From positions 744,001 to 808,000 of the forward strand of contig CDLV01000009.1 of assembly GCA_001244265.2 (NCBI GenBank): DNA of 64,000 nucleotides, given 5' to 3'. Made by a program: the position numbers and the translations under genes. Below the pieces are notes generated by a model. The model was not told the DNA's origin and ran no database searches. It worked only from the letters and a program-made list of their open reading frames with translations. Positions 1 to 11,500 of the stretch are shown here, in pieces (position 1 is the stretch's first letter; the number at the start of each line of letters is the position of its first letter). Origin of the DNA: Microbotryum violaceum. Its lineage: Eukaryota.

Positions 1-1
1 G

Positions 2-322
2 AAGAATAAATCGGTCACATTCCAACCTTCGGCCAACACGGTCAACACCAAATCGATCGTTGAGGAGACGCAAGGGATCGGGTTGAACAAGGCCAATGCG
101 AAGAAGGCCAAGAAGGACAAGAAGAAGCTTAACAAGGTCAACAAGGAGGCGAGCGAGTTTGAGAGTCAGTTTGGCGAAGAGGCGGATATGGTTGGGAATA
201 AGCCGAGGAAGAGCAGGGTTGTGGCTGGGGGCGTGGTTGGGGAGGCGTATTCGTTTGAAGAGTTCTTTGGGAAGAAGGATGGCGAGATTCTTCAGCCTGA
301 GGATGACGAGGAAGAGTTGTGA
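2..322 (+). CDS. 3' end of a gene entering from the left; Lys-rich then acidic C-terminus, possibly a nucleolar GTPase (Nug1/GNL3-like) tail
   Basis: Open frame from window start (KNKSVTFQP...KKAKKDKKKLNK...EAYSFEEFF...DDEEEL*), followed by AT-rich 3' UTR-like sequence. The family guess rests only on the C-terminal Y-x-F motif. Confidence 0.5.
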   Translation, partial: KNKSVTFQPSANTVNTKSIVEETQGIGLNKANAKKAKKDKKKLNKVNKEASEFESQFGEEADMVGNKPRKSRVVAGGVVGEAYSFEEFFGKKDGEILQPEDDEEEL

Positions 323-624
323 GGATAAGGTGTTTTATCCTGGATTTGTAGTCTATTCTTTTTTCCATTCTCTCTTCGTCCATGCATGTCATGTATATCT
401 AGTCGCGCTCCTTCCTATGCCATGGGAGCAACCGCACAAGTTCGACTTGCGGTCTCTAATGCAGACCAGCGAGCAGCCCTCTCTAGAACATCTCTACCAC
501 ACCAACCAGCCCAAGAGCAAAAACTAAAACTCATGCTTCGACGTTACAGAAAAAGAAACTCCATCCATCATTGCCAGCCTTCCGGCCATACTCGACCCTA
601 CTGCGTCCAAATCCTGCTCGTCTC

Positions 625-1328
625 CTACCCATCACGACGACGTTCGATCTGCAAGAACGGGCTGTCAATTTTCTCTGTCTCCCAGACGGAGTTTGTGGCG
701 AACGCTTTTGGGGCTTTGGGTTCGGTCTGTGTGTGCGCGTCGGGATATGGGATAGGAGGTGGTTCCAAGCGGTCGAGCGGTGGTGGATTTTCGCCGGGAG
801 GGAATGGGCGGACCGAGCAGGTGAGAAAAGGTATTTCGTTAGGGTCCGTGGTAGGATTTCTGAATGAGTGGTATGCGTGTAATTGAACGTACAGACTGTC
901 CTCGCAGACTGCCGGTCAATCGTCGATCGCGCTCCATCATATTGACCTCCCACGTATCCAAGGTGTGTCGAGCGGGCTATGTGCGAGAGAATTACGGTAA
1001 TCAGTATAGAGCGTTGTGTCATGCACCGTGTGAAGTGGATCGGTCGTACCTTGCCATCGTTGGTCATTCGACGGGCGGCGGAGAAGAGCGTGCCCGTCGC
1101 GGCGAACATGACCGTCAACAGGCCTGTGAGAAATCAAGGTGGATGGAAGCGATAAGCACACAGATCATATCATGCATCGCGCTAGAATAGCTGCCTGGCC
1201 TGAACGGACGGACCAAAGGGGATCAAGGCTTCAAAGGGGACAGGCTGCGATGCGGTCGGCCATGACAAGCGGGAGAGTGTTTAGCTCAGTTCCAGCTGGG
1301 ACAGTCCAAGCGATTGGTCACTCACCAT
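625..1328 (-). CDS. NDUFA1: NADH:ubiquinone oxidoreductase subunit NDUFA1 (MWFE / fungal 9.8 kDa subunit), 5 exons
   Basis: Spliced by GT-AG introns: M|PVPFEALIPF|GLLTVMFAATGTLFSAARRMTNDGK|PARHTLDTWEVNMMERDRRLTGSLRGQS|TEPKAPKAFATNSVWETEK...*. MPVPFEAL and MMERDRRLTG are typical of fungal NDUFA1. Confidence 0.9.
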
Positions 1329-1442
1329 GGTCGTAGATAGTGGATCGAGCTGCGATTGAGCTGTATGTGCGAGATGTGGACCAGGGAATGAGCGGCGTCG
1401 GGAAGTCGTCGGGAAGTCGCTCGCTCTCGCACCTCCAAGTCT

Positions 1443-1585
1443 CCAGATCGGCAGGTCCGTTAACCCAGCCAAATGAGCTCCCCCGCGCGGCGAGTTAAGG
1501 CAGCTTTTTTGTTTTTTGGCCCGGTTGGAGGTTGGTACAGGTCGGGTGCACCAATGCCCTCCCCTCCCCATCCCACCCCGGCGCA
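1443..1585 (+). repeat. Left terminal inverted repeat of the KDZ element
   Basis: Begins CCAGATCGGCAGGTC, versus CCACCTATGCGGGTC for the reverse complement of the right end. 1531-1560 GTTGGTACAGGTCGGGTGCACCAATGCCCT matches revcomp(12891-12920) GTTGGTGAGGGCGAGGTGCACCATTGCCCT at 23/30. The block CGCGCGGCGAGTTAAGGCAGCTTTTT...TTTGGCCC also matches. Confidence 0.8.
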
Positions 1586-1590
1586 GTGCA

Positions 1591-1594
<4 letters not shown>

Positions 1595-1625
<31 letters not shown>

Positions 1626-3890
1626 ATAGACTTCATTAACAGCATAATTATATTAATACCTAGAAATCTTCGGAAAAATCGGAGGGAATGCTGTTACGCA
1701 CACTGGCAGAAGCCAGTAGTGTAGGACTCATTGACCCTGAACCAGGATCAACCATACCCACTAAAACCCCTTTGGTGTCTTACAGAGACACTAGGCGACC
1801 CTTGGACTCCTGGATAGAGGCTCGAAGCCCCTCGAACTCCGTTTCGGTGATCGGTTCCAAAAGATCCGACGAGAATCGACGACGGCGACAAAGCTTCCAG
1901 ATCGAGTGAAAGAAGAGGACTCGTAGTTCGACAAGTCGACGTTCCGAGCGAGACACGACCGGGCATACAAAGTCCACAAAGACTGGGTGGGGGTCGGGGA
2001 CAGAGCAGACCAGAGGCGCCGGGCAAATGGGCAGCCGACCGCGAGGTGAACCAGGCACTCGGTGCTTCCGAGAGGCACATCACACAGGAGGTAGATCGAT
2101 TGTTGCGATGTGGGCTGGTTGGGGAGGCGACTTGGCTTCCCGGATGGAGGGACCCCAGGGAGAGAAGGTGGCCGGTATCCTCGGCGTCCGAGTGAACCCG
2201 GCGAACCTTGCGCAAAGCCTTCCACCAAGCGTTCCAGCTGCTCAGGCAGATCGAATACCTTCTGGTGTCCCTTGGGGAAGATAGGGGGGAAGATGAAGAC
2301 TTGGTGGCGTTTGGACGCGTTCACAAACGAAGACGGGGTCATCACCTCGCCATCGGGCCCTCGAAAAAGCGTCGGGTTTACCGAGAGTTGTATCCCGTGG
2401 CCCGCTGGGAAATAGAGTACGTGCGTCGCCCATTGCTCGAAGTTCTGGCTCTTGGAGAGTTCCGGGGGATTGAGCGTGGTCACCAACGCCCAGGCTTCGA
2501 AGTATCGGACCCAACGAGCAGGAAGAAGTTTTGTCGTCTTTCTCACCGCATGGTCCCACTTTGGGGAGGATGGCAAAAGTATGCCCACCGGATCCAAATC
2601 CAAGGCAACGATGCTGGTTGGGGGCCGGTCTGGACAAGGTGAAAGGGGTTGGTTCGTTTGGTGCCTGGAGGCGGATGCGGATGTCGAAGAGGTGGCGTGT
2701 GAAGCAGCCGTCCGGGGCCCGGAGCTGGAAGACCCACTTCGCGTGATCGATTGCTAGACGCCGAGGCAGATCAATCAAACCGAAGCCGCCGTGATCAAGA
2801 GGGGTGCAGAGGCGCGACCGGGAGACCTTCGGACGTCGCTGAGTACCATCCGAAGCTCGACCGTGAATGGCGAGCATTGCGGCCTCCTCGATCTCCTTGA
2901 CAACGCTCTTGGTGGCGGGAAGGAATCGGCTGTAGTACAAGATCTTTGTGTAGCAGTAGATGTTGTTGATCGAACACTTGGCTGCATATGGGAGATCGTA
3001 CATCGGAATTGAGCGTATCCGAGCGATGGTCGAGGCCTTGACATCTTCCCAGCCCGCATCCTCGGCGATCTCCACCCCGACCTGAATACCAAGGTAGCGA
3101 AACTGCGAATCGCTGAGACGCCAGGTCCCGAGATCTGGGGCGATCGACCGATCCCGAAAAGCTCCAAGGGGGTAGAGGAAAGATTTGACGTTGCTGAGCT
3201 TGCTGGCACTTGCCCGTTCGTAAAGCTCGATCGCCCGATTGAGGTGGTCGAGGTCCGAGAGGTTGTGGAGTGCGCAGCAAGCGTCGTCGGCAAAAAGGAG
3301 TTCGCGAACGTTTTGGAGGCCCGCAATATCGACGCCCTTGACTCTCAATCGAATCTGACAGGCAAAACCTTCGATCGCCAGGACGAAGAGAAACGGAGCC
3401 AAAGGATCACCTTGCTGAACGCCCGACAGGATGTCGAAAGTGGCAGAGAGCCAACCGTTGAGGAAGATCGAGGCAGATTGGTTGGTGTAGGTCGCTCGTA
3501 CCATTGGCGGGCTTTGGGGCCGAGGCCAACGGCGCAGAGGACTGCATCAAGGTACGGGTGGGAAAGACGATCGTAAGCCTTTTCAAAGTCCATCACCGCT
3601 AGCATGCCAGAGAGCCCGGAAGTCCAGGGTCCATGAGACATTGGACTTCAGCGATGTTCGTGCCGATCCAACGGTTCGGAACAAAGCCACGTTGGGTTGG
3701 GCCGATCAGGGACTCGAGCAAGGGAGCGAGGCGCTGGTTGTGGGCTTGCGAGATGATGCGCTCGTCCGCATTGATGAGCGTGGGGCGTTTGTTCGAAAGC
3801 TGATCCCTCTCGCCGCGTTTGTGGATGAGATCGATGTGGGCGGTGTTGCGGGGAAGAGGTCCAGGCTGACGGGCCTCAAATGGTCATAAG
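1595..3890 (-). mobile_element. 5'-truncated non-LTR retrotransposon (L1/Tx1-like LINE) with poly(A) tail; RT ORF frameshifted
   Basis: 30-nt poly(T) at 1595-1624 is the minus-strand poly(A). RT motifs LIHKRG...QRGFVPNR, DFEKAYDR, GVQQGDPLAPFLF, LFADD, FRYLG and GGFGL, plus a degenerate C-terminal CCHC-like knuckle, are spread over several frames. No endonuclease or ORF1 present. Confidence 0.9.
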
Positions 3891-4469
3891 TAATAAGGGG
3901 CCACTAGTTCGTGTAAAACTCACCATCATCACGAATAACACTTTCCGAAGACTCCGTCGTAAGTTCGAATTATGTCATAAATGTCATACAGCTTGTCGTA
4001 CTCAGTCCATTCAATTCGTGTAGTTCCGTATAACATCAACTGATATGTGCACGACAGATCCTGTGTAGACCTTTTCTCATATTCGACGGAGGGAGTACAC
4101 ACCGCGTCTATTGGGCCCGAGGGAGGGATCGGTCGTGGTCCCTGAAATCCTGGATCGGTCCTCGAGCAGACAAACGCTTATTCTGAACGGTGTGCACCTT
4201 TTTATATAAAATGGATATCTAGTGAAGCCCCTTCGGACGATCGACTTGGGTCCAGCACCAATCAGTCCTGCATCAATTCCTAGAGAGTCATTGAAGAGGC
4301 AAAATTGAGGCGGGGCTGTGCGGCCGCACGCGGAGCTCAGATTGGCGAGCGCTCTGCGTTGACACTTTGACCTCTGCGCACTCACGCCAACGCGACAACG
4401 CGCACCCTTGACCCACGCCACGCCCCGCATCTCACTACGTTGAAATCTCCCTGCGCCTGTTGGACGAAC

Positions 4470-6596
4470 ATGGATGCTATTACCGTATGGAGGTATGTGG
4501 ACGCGTTTCCCCGCCTCACATCTCCCTCCTCATGGGCCTAATTGTGTTGCTCCACCATGACGCGACCGTCAGACATACGCGTGGGATCTAGGGAAGGTTC
4601 TCCAGCAGAGTCTATTTCCTTTGGCGCTCATCCGAGTGAGTGCTCTTGTCTGGTGTGCCAACTGAGATCCCTTGTAGCAGGGCTGAGAGCAGAGTGCCAG
4701 TCATCAACCTCATCCTTCTATCTACTCAATCCTGACGGACAGCTGAAGAATTCTCAGTTCTCTCACACCTCTTGCAGGTCGGAGGGACGATCAAAGCCGT
4801 CGAGCCTCCTCACAAGCCAGTACAATTCTGGATGAACCGTCTCGGCGCCCGACTCGGAAGAGAAAGCGGCGCATGCCCGTGCCCCAAACCCCTTCGTCCG
4901 ACTCCGACTCTGACGAGCCCAATTTGGGCGATTCCAGTCAATCCTCGGCTGACGACAGTGACAGTGAAAGTGACAGTCACAGTCACAGTGAGAGCGAGTT
5001 TGAAGATATCGCGATCGACCATCGAAGAGCTATCAGGCTCTGGACGGCCATACATGGCTCGCATCGGAACGCGACCGGTCGTATGAGTCAAAGAAAGTGG
5101 ACCTCGCTGAAGCGCTGGGCCGCTCGAAGATATTACTCGGAGCTCAAGATGGCCGCGAAACTCGGCATATCTCATGCAAGGCTCGTTCAGGCCGTCAAAA
5201 AGTTCGACAGGCTCGCTTCGAAGGGCAATGCGTGGTCTAGATTTCTCTCGGACCCTGTAATCAAGGTTTTACACTAGCGAGCAAGCAAGGGTGAGTGGTC
5301 CTCCGGGCGCTTCCGGTCATGCCCACTCCACTCTCCTACGCTCTCGCTTATGCTTACCGCTGCGTCCGCAATGTCTGTTCTTACATACCCTGGGTGTGTC
5401 AAACGTGCTCAGAATCGGATCAGTCGAAATCGCAATCCATCACCAAACTTGCCGCTCACCTCTGGAACTTCCTGAGAGATCAGGGGGACCTCGCATCTGC
5501 CCAACTTGGCGAGGACGATGAAGAGCTTGTTCGCGCGGCTTTTGCAGCGGCAGAGGCCGGAGGTAATACGACTTTCACTTCGATAGTACCACCCACCATC
5601 ATCACACGGTCGCCATCCGACATTCCTTCCCCAACTCGGATGGAGCAATGCAAAAAGTACATTGCAGAGTTGCGAGACCTGGCGCAACGCATGTCCAAGC
5701 TGTACGGAGTGGAAACCCTGGCCTTTATTGTCCCTCGTTATCAAGACGACGTGTCGCCAGCGACGAAGGCGACCGTGCATTCGATAGGTGGGCTCAGATT
5801 TGCAGCTCACTGCAACGACTTCAAGGATCCATCCGGCAATTCCTTGTTGTCTAATTTTGCTTCCAAGATGAGCTGGGATGAGACACTCAAGGCCAATGAA
5901 GCGGCAGATCTGAAAGAGGGTGAGCCTTTCATCGCAAGTTATACGCGCATGAGACCAAGTTACCGTTACCAATTATGTGACATATGTTTTCGTCTCATCT
6001 ATCAGCAAAAACTCGCTCGATGGACAGTGCTACTCGTGGCGTTCTTGGCAAATGGCACGGCACTCTGTTCCGCGCCCAACTCAGTAAGTAGTCTGCATCT
6101 GATCGGGCTCGACTCCGTGCTAATCATTTCCGTCTTTACAGACTCTGCCCTCGAGACTATACATCGCCGTTCCGACACGGGATCATCGACAGGCGCTTTC
6201 ACACCTCAGAAGAAGATGATATGGTCTACCCAGGGCTTGAAGGCACTGGGTGTCAAATTGCGGATCAAGCCCGGAACGAAGAGTAGATACGAAATGGCTC
6301 TGCATCATAGTGCAGAGACATCGCCCAAGCAAACCGTTGCTCAGCTCAAGGCTATCATTGACGACCTCCGTCACGGCCGCCTCGCTATCGTACCCTCGGC
6401 GGACCCGAACGACAACACGGAGGCAGAGGCAAGCGACAATGACTTGAATGGCGGAGAAGGACCCCTGAGCCCAAGATTTGGTGGAGCCGGGGACGAAGGC
6501 GGAGAGGTACGCGGCGGAGAAAAAAGCGGAGAAGAAGATAGAGAAAAAAATAGCGGGGGGGGGGGGGGGTGGCGGAGGAGACCGGAGGATGAATGA
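4470..6596 (+). pseudogene. KDZ accessory gene, multi-exon, with an HMG-box-like region; one in-frame TAG at 5275-5277
   Basis: ATG at 4470 (MDAITVWR|gtatgt), basic NLS-like RKRKRR and an acidic Ser-rich tract. Then ...KGNAWSRFLSDP...SITKLAAHLWNFL (HMG-like helices), and LAQRMSKLYGVETLAFIV. Lies between the TIRs, convergent with the transposase. Confidence 0.6.
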
Positions 6597-7409
6597 AGCA
6601 AAACATCCTCGATGTGAGACCGTTCTTATGTCTTTCTTTGGGCATACTATGCTCTGAGTCGGTCTGCAAGATGACCGATATTTGTTATGTCTCTGTGGTT
6701 TGTGACGCGTCTTTCAATGTAGATCCTTGAGTTTAGTTTCAGACGATTGTCATGCACGCATACAGCGTCTCAGCTGCCATCTTGATTGTGGCAATTAATC
6801 TTAACAGGATTGTAAATCAATACGATCAAAACGCTCATTCTGTCAGGCTCCGCCAAGATCACTGGGCATACTCGAAACCGCCCCCCCCCCCCCCCCCCCC
6901 AGCGGACCGTTTCCTACGTCAAGGCCCGGGGCCCCTGTGTGCTCCGGGCGCCGGCATCCCGTTCATCTACGGCCACCCTTCCAGAGATTACGCTGGAGTC
7001 TTTCTTCACAACCAATCGTTCCGCACCTTTGTCCTACAAGGACTCGGGCGCACCGCATGGGCCGCAGCACAATGGTGTGGCGCTCGCATCCAGGCAAGGC
7101 GACATCTCTGCGCATCTATTTACCTTTGGGTCAACGAAATTAGAATAGCTCTCGGCCGACGCATCTCCTCTTTCTTCTTCTTCTTCTTCTTCACTTGTGA
7201 TGTACAACCAAATGGCCATACACCTTTTCCAACTTCGACCTCATCGCCGTTTCTTGCGCCTCCCGTTTCAAACACACGTGCGAACCGATCCCTCCTAATC
7301 ATTATCATATCCATGTATCCATGCTTCGTCCGAAGGCACCGTACCATTGACCGGGTCTCGTTGCACAAGTCTGTTTGACCTTTTGGCCTACCGTTGTCTT
7401 CTTCCCTTA

Positions 7410-8420
7410 GATACAATCTGACTTCACCTTCAGGTCGGACCGGTTGCCACTGCATAACCCTTAACTGCCTGCGCGCCGCAAAACCGGACGGTGGACAACT
7501 GTGAGGGCATTCGGTGGGACTGCAATACAGGGGTCAGACGACAGCTCGACCTCTCCTTTCATGTCTCATCCTGAATTCACCCATCGTCGCAACTATAAGA
7601 CCCAACTGAAGACCAAGAAGATGACCATCACAATGATGACAAGACGGTATGTCTCGTTGAAAAGAACTCTGAAAACACCCTCCCGGTTTGGGTACTTTCA
7701 GTCTGACTCCAACACGACGCGTTGTCCACCTTGGGTTTGAACCCTGATTGGTGTCACAAAATACTATATGACCTGCCATCGCCGAAAACCACGGCAGGGC
7801 AGTCGGTCGGTCGATATTAGAAGGAGGCCTAGGCCACAACAGCGTGCAGAACTCTCAAGCCGCCTAATGCGATGAGAAAACGTAGAGCAACGACAGAGCA
7901 AGGGGTGTATCAAGGTGAGTCTGACTCGCTCGTGGCTTTGTTCAGTCAAATACAGCACAATACTTTGGGTATGGGTGACTATGACTTGCTGCAGTTCGAC
8001 TGTTGAAACGCAAGCGCCCGTGATGACGTACTTCGCATCGAGATTACAGTGAGCGTGTGAACTACGCAGGAAGGAATTGCGACAAAGCAGTACGCTGGAT
8101 CAGGACTTCTTTCAAGTATACATCAAAATGTAGTCGGCAGTGTTGGAATATAATAAGTACTTTTGAAATCCCTGCTGACTGTTTGGGAAGTGTCACCCAA
8201 GGCACGACGCGGACTGCGCATGTGCCTGACTGGCAGGGAGCGCGATCTACATGTAGGAGATCTCAGTGCAGTCAGTGCAACAAAGATGCAATGGACGCTT
8301 GTGTTCACTCCCTCAGCGTAGCGCGCTCTTCCTCTAAATCTTACCGGTCGTGTTGGGCTCCGGCTGCCAGCTTTACTCGAGCGACATTAGGCGAGCCACC
8401 GCAAGATCGAGCGATTTAGC
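7410..8420 (+). pseudogene. Decayed third cargo gene inside the KDZ element
   Basis: Exon-like blocks bounded by cag/gtatgt/gtgagt give protein-like peptides broken by stops (VGPVATA*PLTAC...EDQEDDHHNDDKT; LGLNPDWCHKILYDLPSPK; ACELRRKELRQSSTLDQDFFQVYIKM*SAVLEYNK). Confidence 0.35.
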
Positions 8421-8574
8421 GATGCCGGGTCTTGGATGTCTGATCGCTCTTGTTGCACTTCCTGGCGAAGCGTCGTATAACGGGTAGAATTACTAGCGAA
8501 ATGAACGCATAATTTATCTCTTTACTAGTGCAAGTAGCAACTGGGCAAAAGACTGCAACTATATATGATCAATA

Positions 8575-11500
8575 TCAAATCCCCCAAAAAACATCGCCAT
8601 CGCCTTCATCAAAGTTCTCGTTGATCTCGTCACTGAAGGCGCCGTAATCGGTAGTGTCGACGGAATGATGACTCAGATCATCGCTCGAATGATCACTGAT
8701 GTCAAGAAGGGTGTCATGATCCGTGGTGATGTCGTCTGACTCTCCGACCATCCCATCATTGATGCAGTCTGGCCATGTGTGATCCGGCAAGCCACCCGCT
8801 GTGGTTCGTTGAAAAACATCAACGTCGTCGGTGCACCACATTCGAAGCTCGACCCACTCCTCCACTTGCGGTTCGCCGGTTTGCCGGGTGCATTCCCACA
8901 GGTGATCTAGGCCGCCCTTCGAAAACCATCGGCGCGCAATATTTCTAAGACGCTCTTCTTCTTGCTCGAGCATCATCATCGCAGAGTCATCCTGCTCATC
9001 TCGTTGGAGTGATTGCTGGCGAACTTGCTGAAACCGTTTGCGACGGCTTATCAGCCACCGTCCAATGCGACGCACTTCCCATCCAAGTCGCTTGATTTCT
9101 TGCTGGCATCTTGCGCGAGACAATACTGCTGGAATGCCGACACGAACATCATTATCGTAGGCCACGGCTCAGTGGGATGACTATATAATCCGTTGTTCCA
9201 GAGCGGCGCCAAGATGTCGAGTTTGAGCAGTTCGTTGAGATCCTCTGGGGCTGACGGCGGTACCCTTCGGGTTCTCAAGATCGAATGGGAATCCTCAGAA
9301 TTGGCGAGGATGGCAGCATACTTTTTCACCTCGTCGTTATACATCGCCACTGCCTTCATGAGTCTTGGACGCAAAGAATTAAGATTCTTGACCAGGAGAC
9401 CAGCCGCTTTCGTACCTATGAGCTGGCATTGCTACACATCAGCGTTCCTTCTGCCGGCGCAGAAGACTCGTACCATGGATTTCCTACCGAGGGCTTTACC
9501 GCCTAGGCACGGGAGCCGCAGCTTCTCAGCTCCCTGTCGATATTGTACGACCAAGTCCCACAGCGAGCGAGATGCGATAATCAAGGTGCAGGCAAATTCA
9601 TAGTCCGTGCCAATCAAAGGTATTGAAATATTAAGCGAGGACAACGGGGATCACACCAGAGGGTCAGAATCGAAGAAGGGAGTGACGTACCAGGGTCCAG
9701 GACACTGATGTTTATGTCCGACGTGCGTAAGGAGTTAAGTCGATCATCAAGAACCTGCCGTTGTTTGGCCAGCTGTTGAAGTTTAGTCGACTGTTCTATA
9801 AGCTTGTTCGTATCTATGGTGTTCACGCAGGCTAGGTCTTCCCTGTAGCAATCGAAAAATGAATACCGAAGTTAGGTTACCGGTTCGTGTCTCACTCCCA
9901 AACGACGACGATAGCTCAGACCCACCGGCATGCTGCGATGTCTCTGTTAATCAGCTCAAGCTTGAACATGACGTTGCGCATCTCGGCTACCTCTTTGCGC
10001 TGCTCTTTCAGAGGGATCTGCTTGGACGCTGCACGTTGCGCGTGTCATTGTTCAAGGAGGGTAGCAACCGTCCATTCGGCGGAGCGATTAACGACCTCAG
10101 CAATGACTCTGTCGGCTTCGGCCTTGAGCTTGATTGCGTTTTTGAGTCGAGAATTAAGTTTGGTCACTGGGCATGATCGATACGCCAAAGATCAGCGACA
10201 TGGTAAGGTAGTGCATGAAAGACTGGACGCTTAGGCGAACCAAGTTCGGCCAGATGCTGCTTGTTATAAGCAGACGCTCGACGATTGATGTTCTCCAGCC
10301 GATGGGAGGCACTGGATGATCGATTCATGGGTATCATGCCTCGAAGCTGCGACCACAAGCGCTCGGCTCCCTCGGCATCAGTCAAACCAAAACTGGGTAG
10401 AAAGCGCGGATCAAAGTCAACCTGGCAGGACCACTTGTGCGCATAGGCATGCATCGACGAGAGAGCAAATTCTAGACGCGGTAAGTGGTCTGCCAGAAGA
10501 TTGCGCTGCGCATACCGGGGAGAGATGAGCTGTTCAGCTACGGACTAAGCCAATGCTCAGGCTGAGTGTCACGAACAAACTCACACGGCGTAAGTGCGAC
10601 GATAAGTTGCAGGCGATATCATACGCGACTCCAACGCGACTTCGATCCTGCCTCGAACTTTGGTGGGAGCCCGATCCCTAGCTGGATCCGACGTTTGTAG
10701 CGTCACTGGTACGCGCAGGTCCCGTAGTACAATCCGTTTCTCCGACTTCAACTTCTTCGAGAATCCATTTCAACAGCGACACGGGATATACTAACCTGCG
10801 GTAGACCGAACTCGCTTATTAGTGTCCTTGCCTGGAGTCACAGATGGCCGGTCCACACATACTTTTCACCTGATTGATGAAGGTTGCAAAGTCGCAGGCA
10901 ATGATCATGACGGCACACTGCAGCAACGAGGCCTGTGTCGGCTACTACATTTGACGAAGCGGAGGTCACACCACCATCTGCGGCCTTCCAGTTCGCTGTG
11001 CATTCGTCCTATATGATAGAATAGCCCGTTTAGCAATCACAGACAGTCGGGTCAACGCATTATTGGGTTCGGGTGACCCGACACCAGCAGCACCAAGTTA
11101 CCTGCTCGCCCGCTTCAGTCGATCCGTCGATCAAAGCTTGCTCGCTTCGAATCTTGTCTGGTGACAGGAATAACGCTGGACGTGACTTGAGAGGATCAGC
11201 AGTTGCCCGCGCGAATCGTCGATGCTGAAAATTGCCGTCGACAGCAATGATGACATCGAGGTCATTCTCGCTCTTGCCGGCTTCATCGATCCGAGGCCCA
11301 AAACATGCCGGACAAACGTCGGCCAGACGCTCGCGCGGGGAGAGGCTGATAAATTCGGCGGTCAAAGTTGCCTGCAGCTGTTGCATAAATCGATATTCAT
11401 CCATTGCGGCTTGAAGATGCTGACGCACGGTTGGACCCTGGGAAGCTTCCAATATTTTCTGTAAGAAACAGTGAATGTTTCCGGCCTGTCCCTGTCCCAG

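Noticed and set aside
4191-4204. GTGCACCTTTTT as a TSD partner for the LINE
   Set aside because: It lies ~300 bp beyond where RT similarity ends and is short enough to be chance.
6555-6900. Poly(G) and poly(C) runs ~310 bp apart as a possible stem or MITE
   Set aside because: Complementarity is limited to homopolymers, with no TSD or further pairing.
7457-7480. CCCTTAACTGCCTGCGCGCC resembling part of the right TIR (possible nested element end)
   Set aside because: Only ~20 bp match, the neighbouring TIR blocks are absent, and no TSD is present.
3900-8570. TET/JBP dioxygenase gene expected inside a fungal KDZ element
   Set aside because: No HxD...H 2OG-Fe(II) motifs recognisable in the frames examined.
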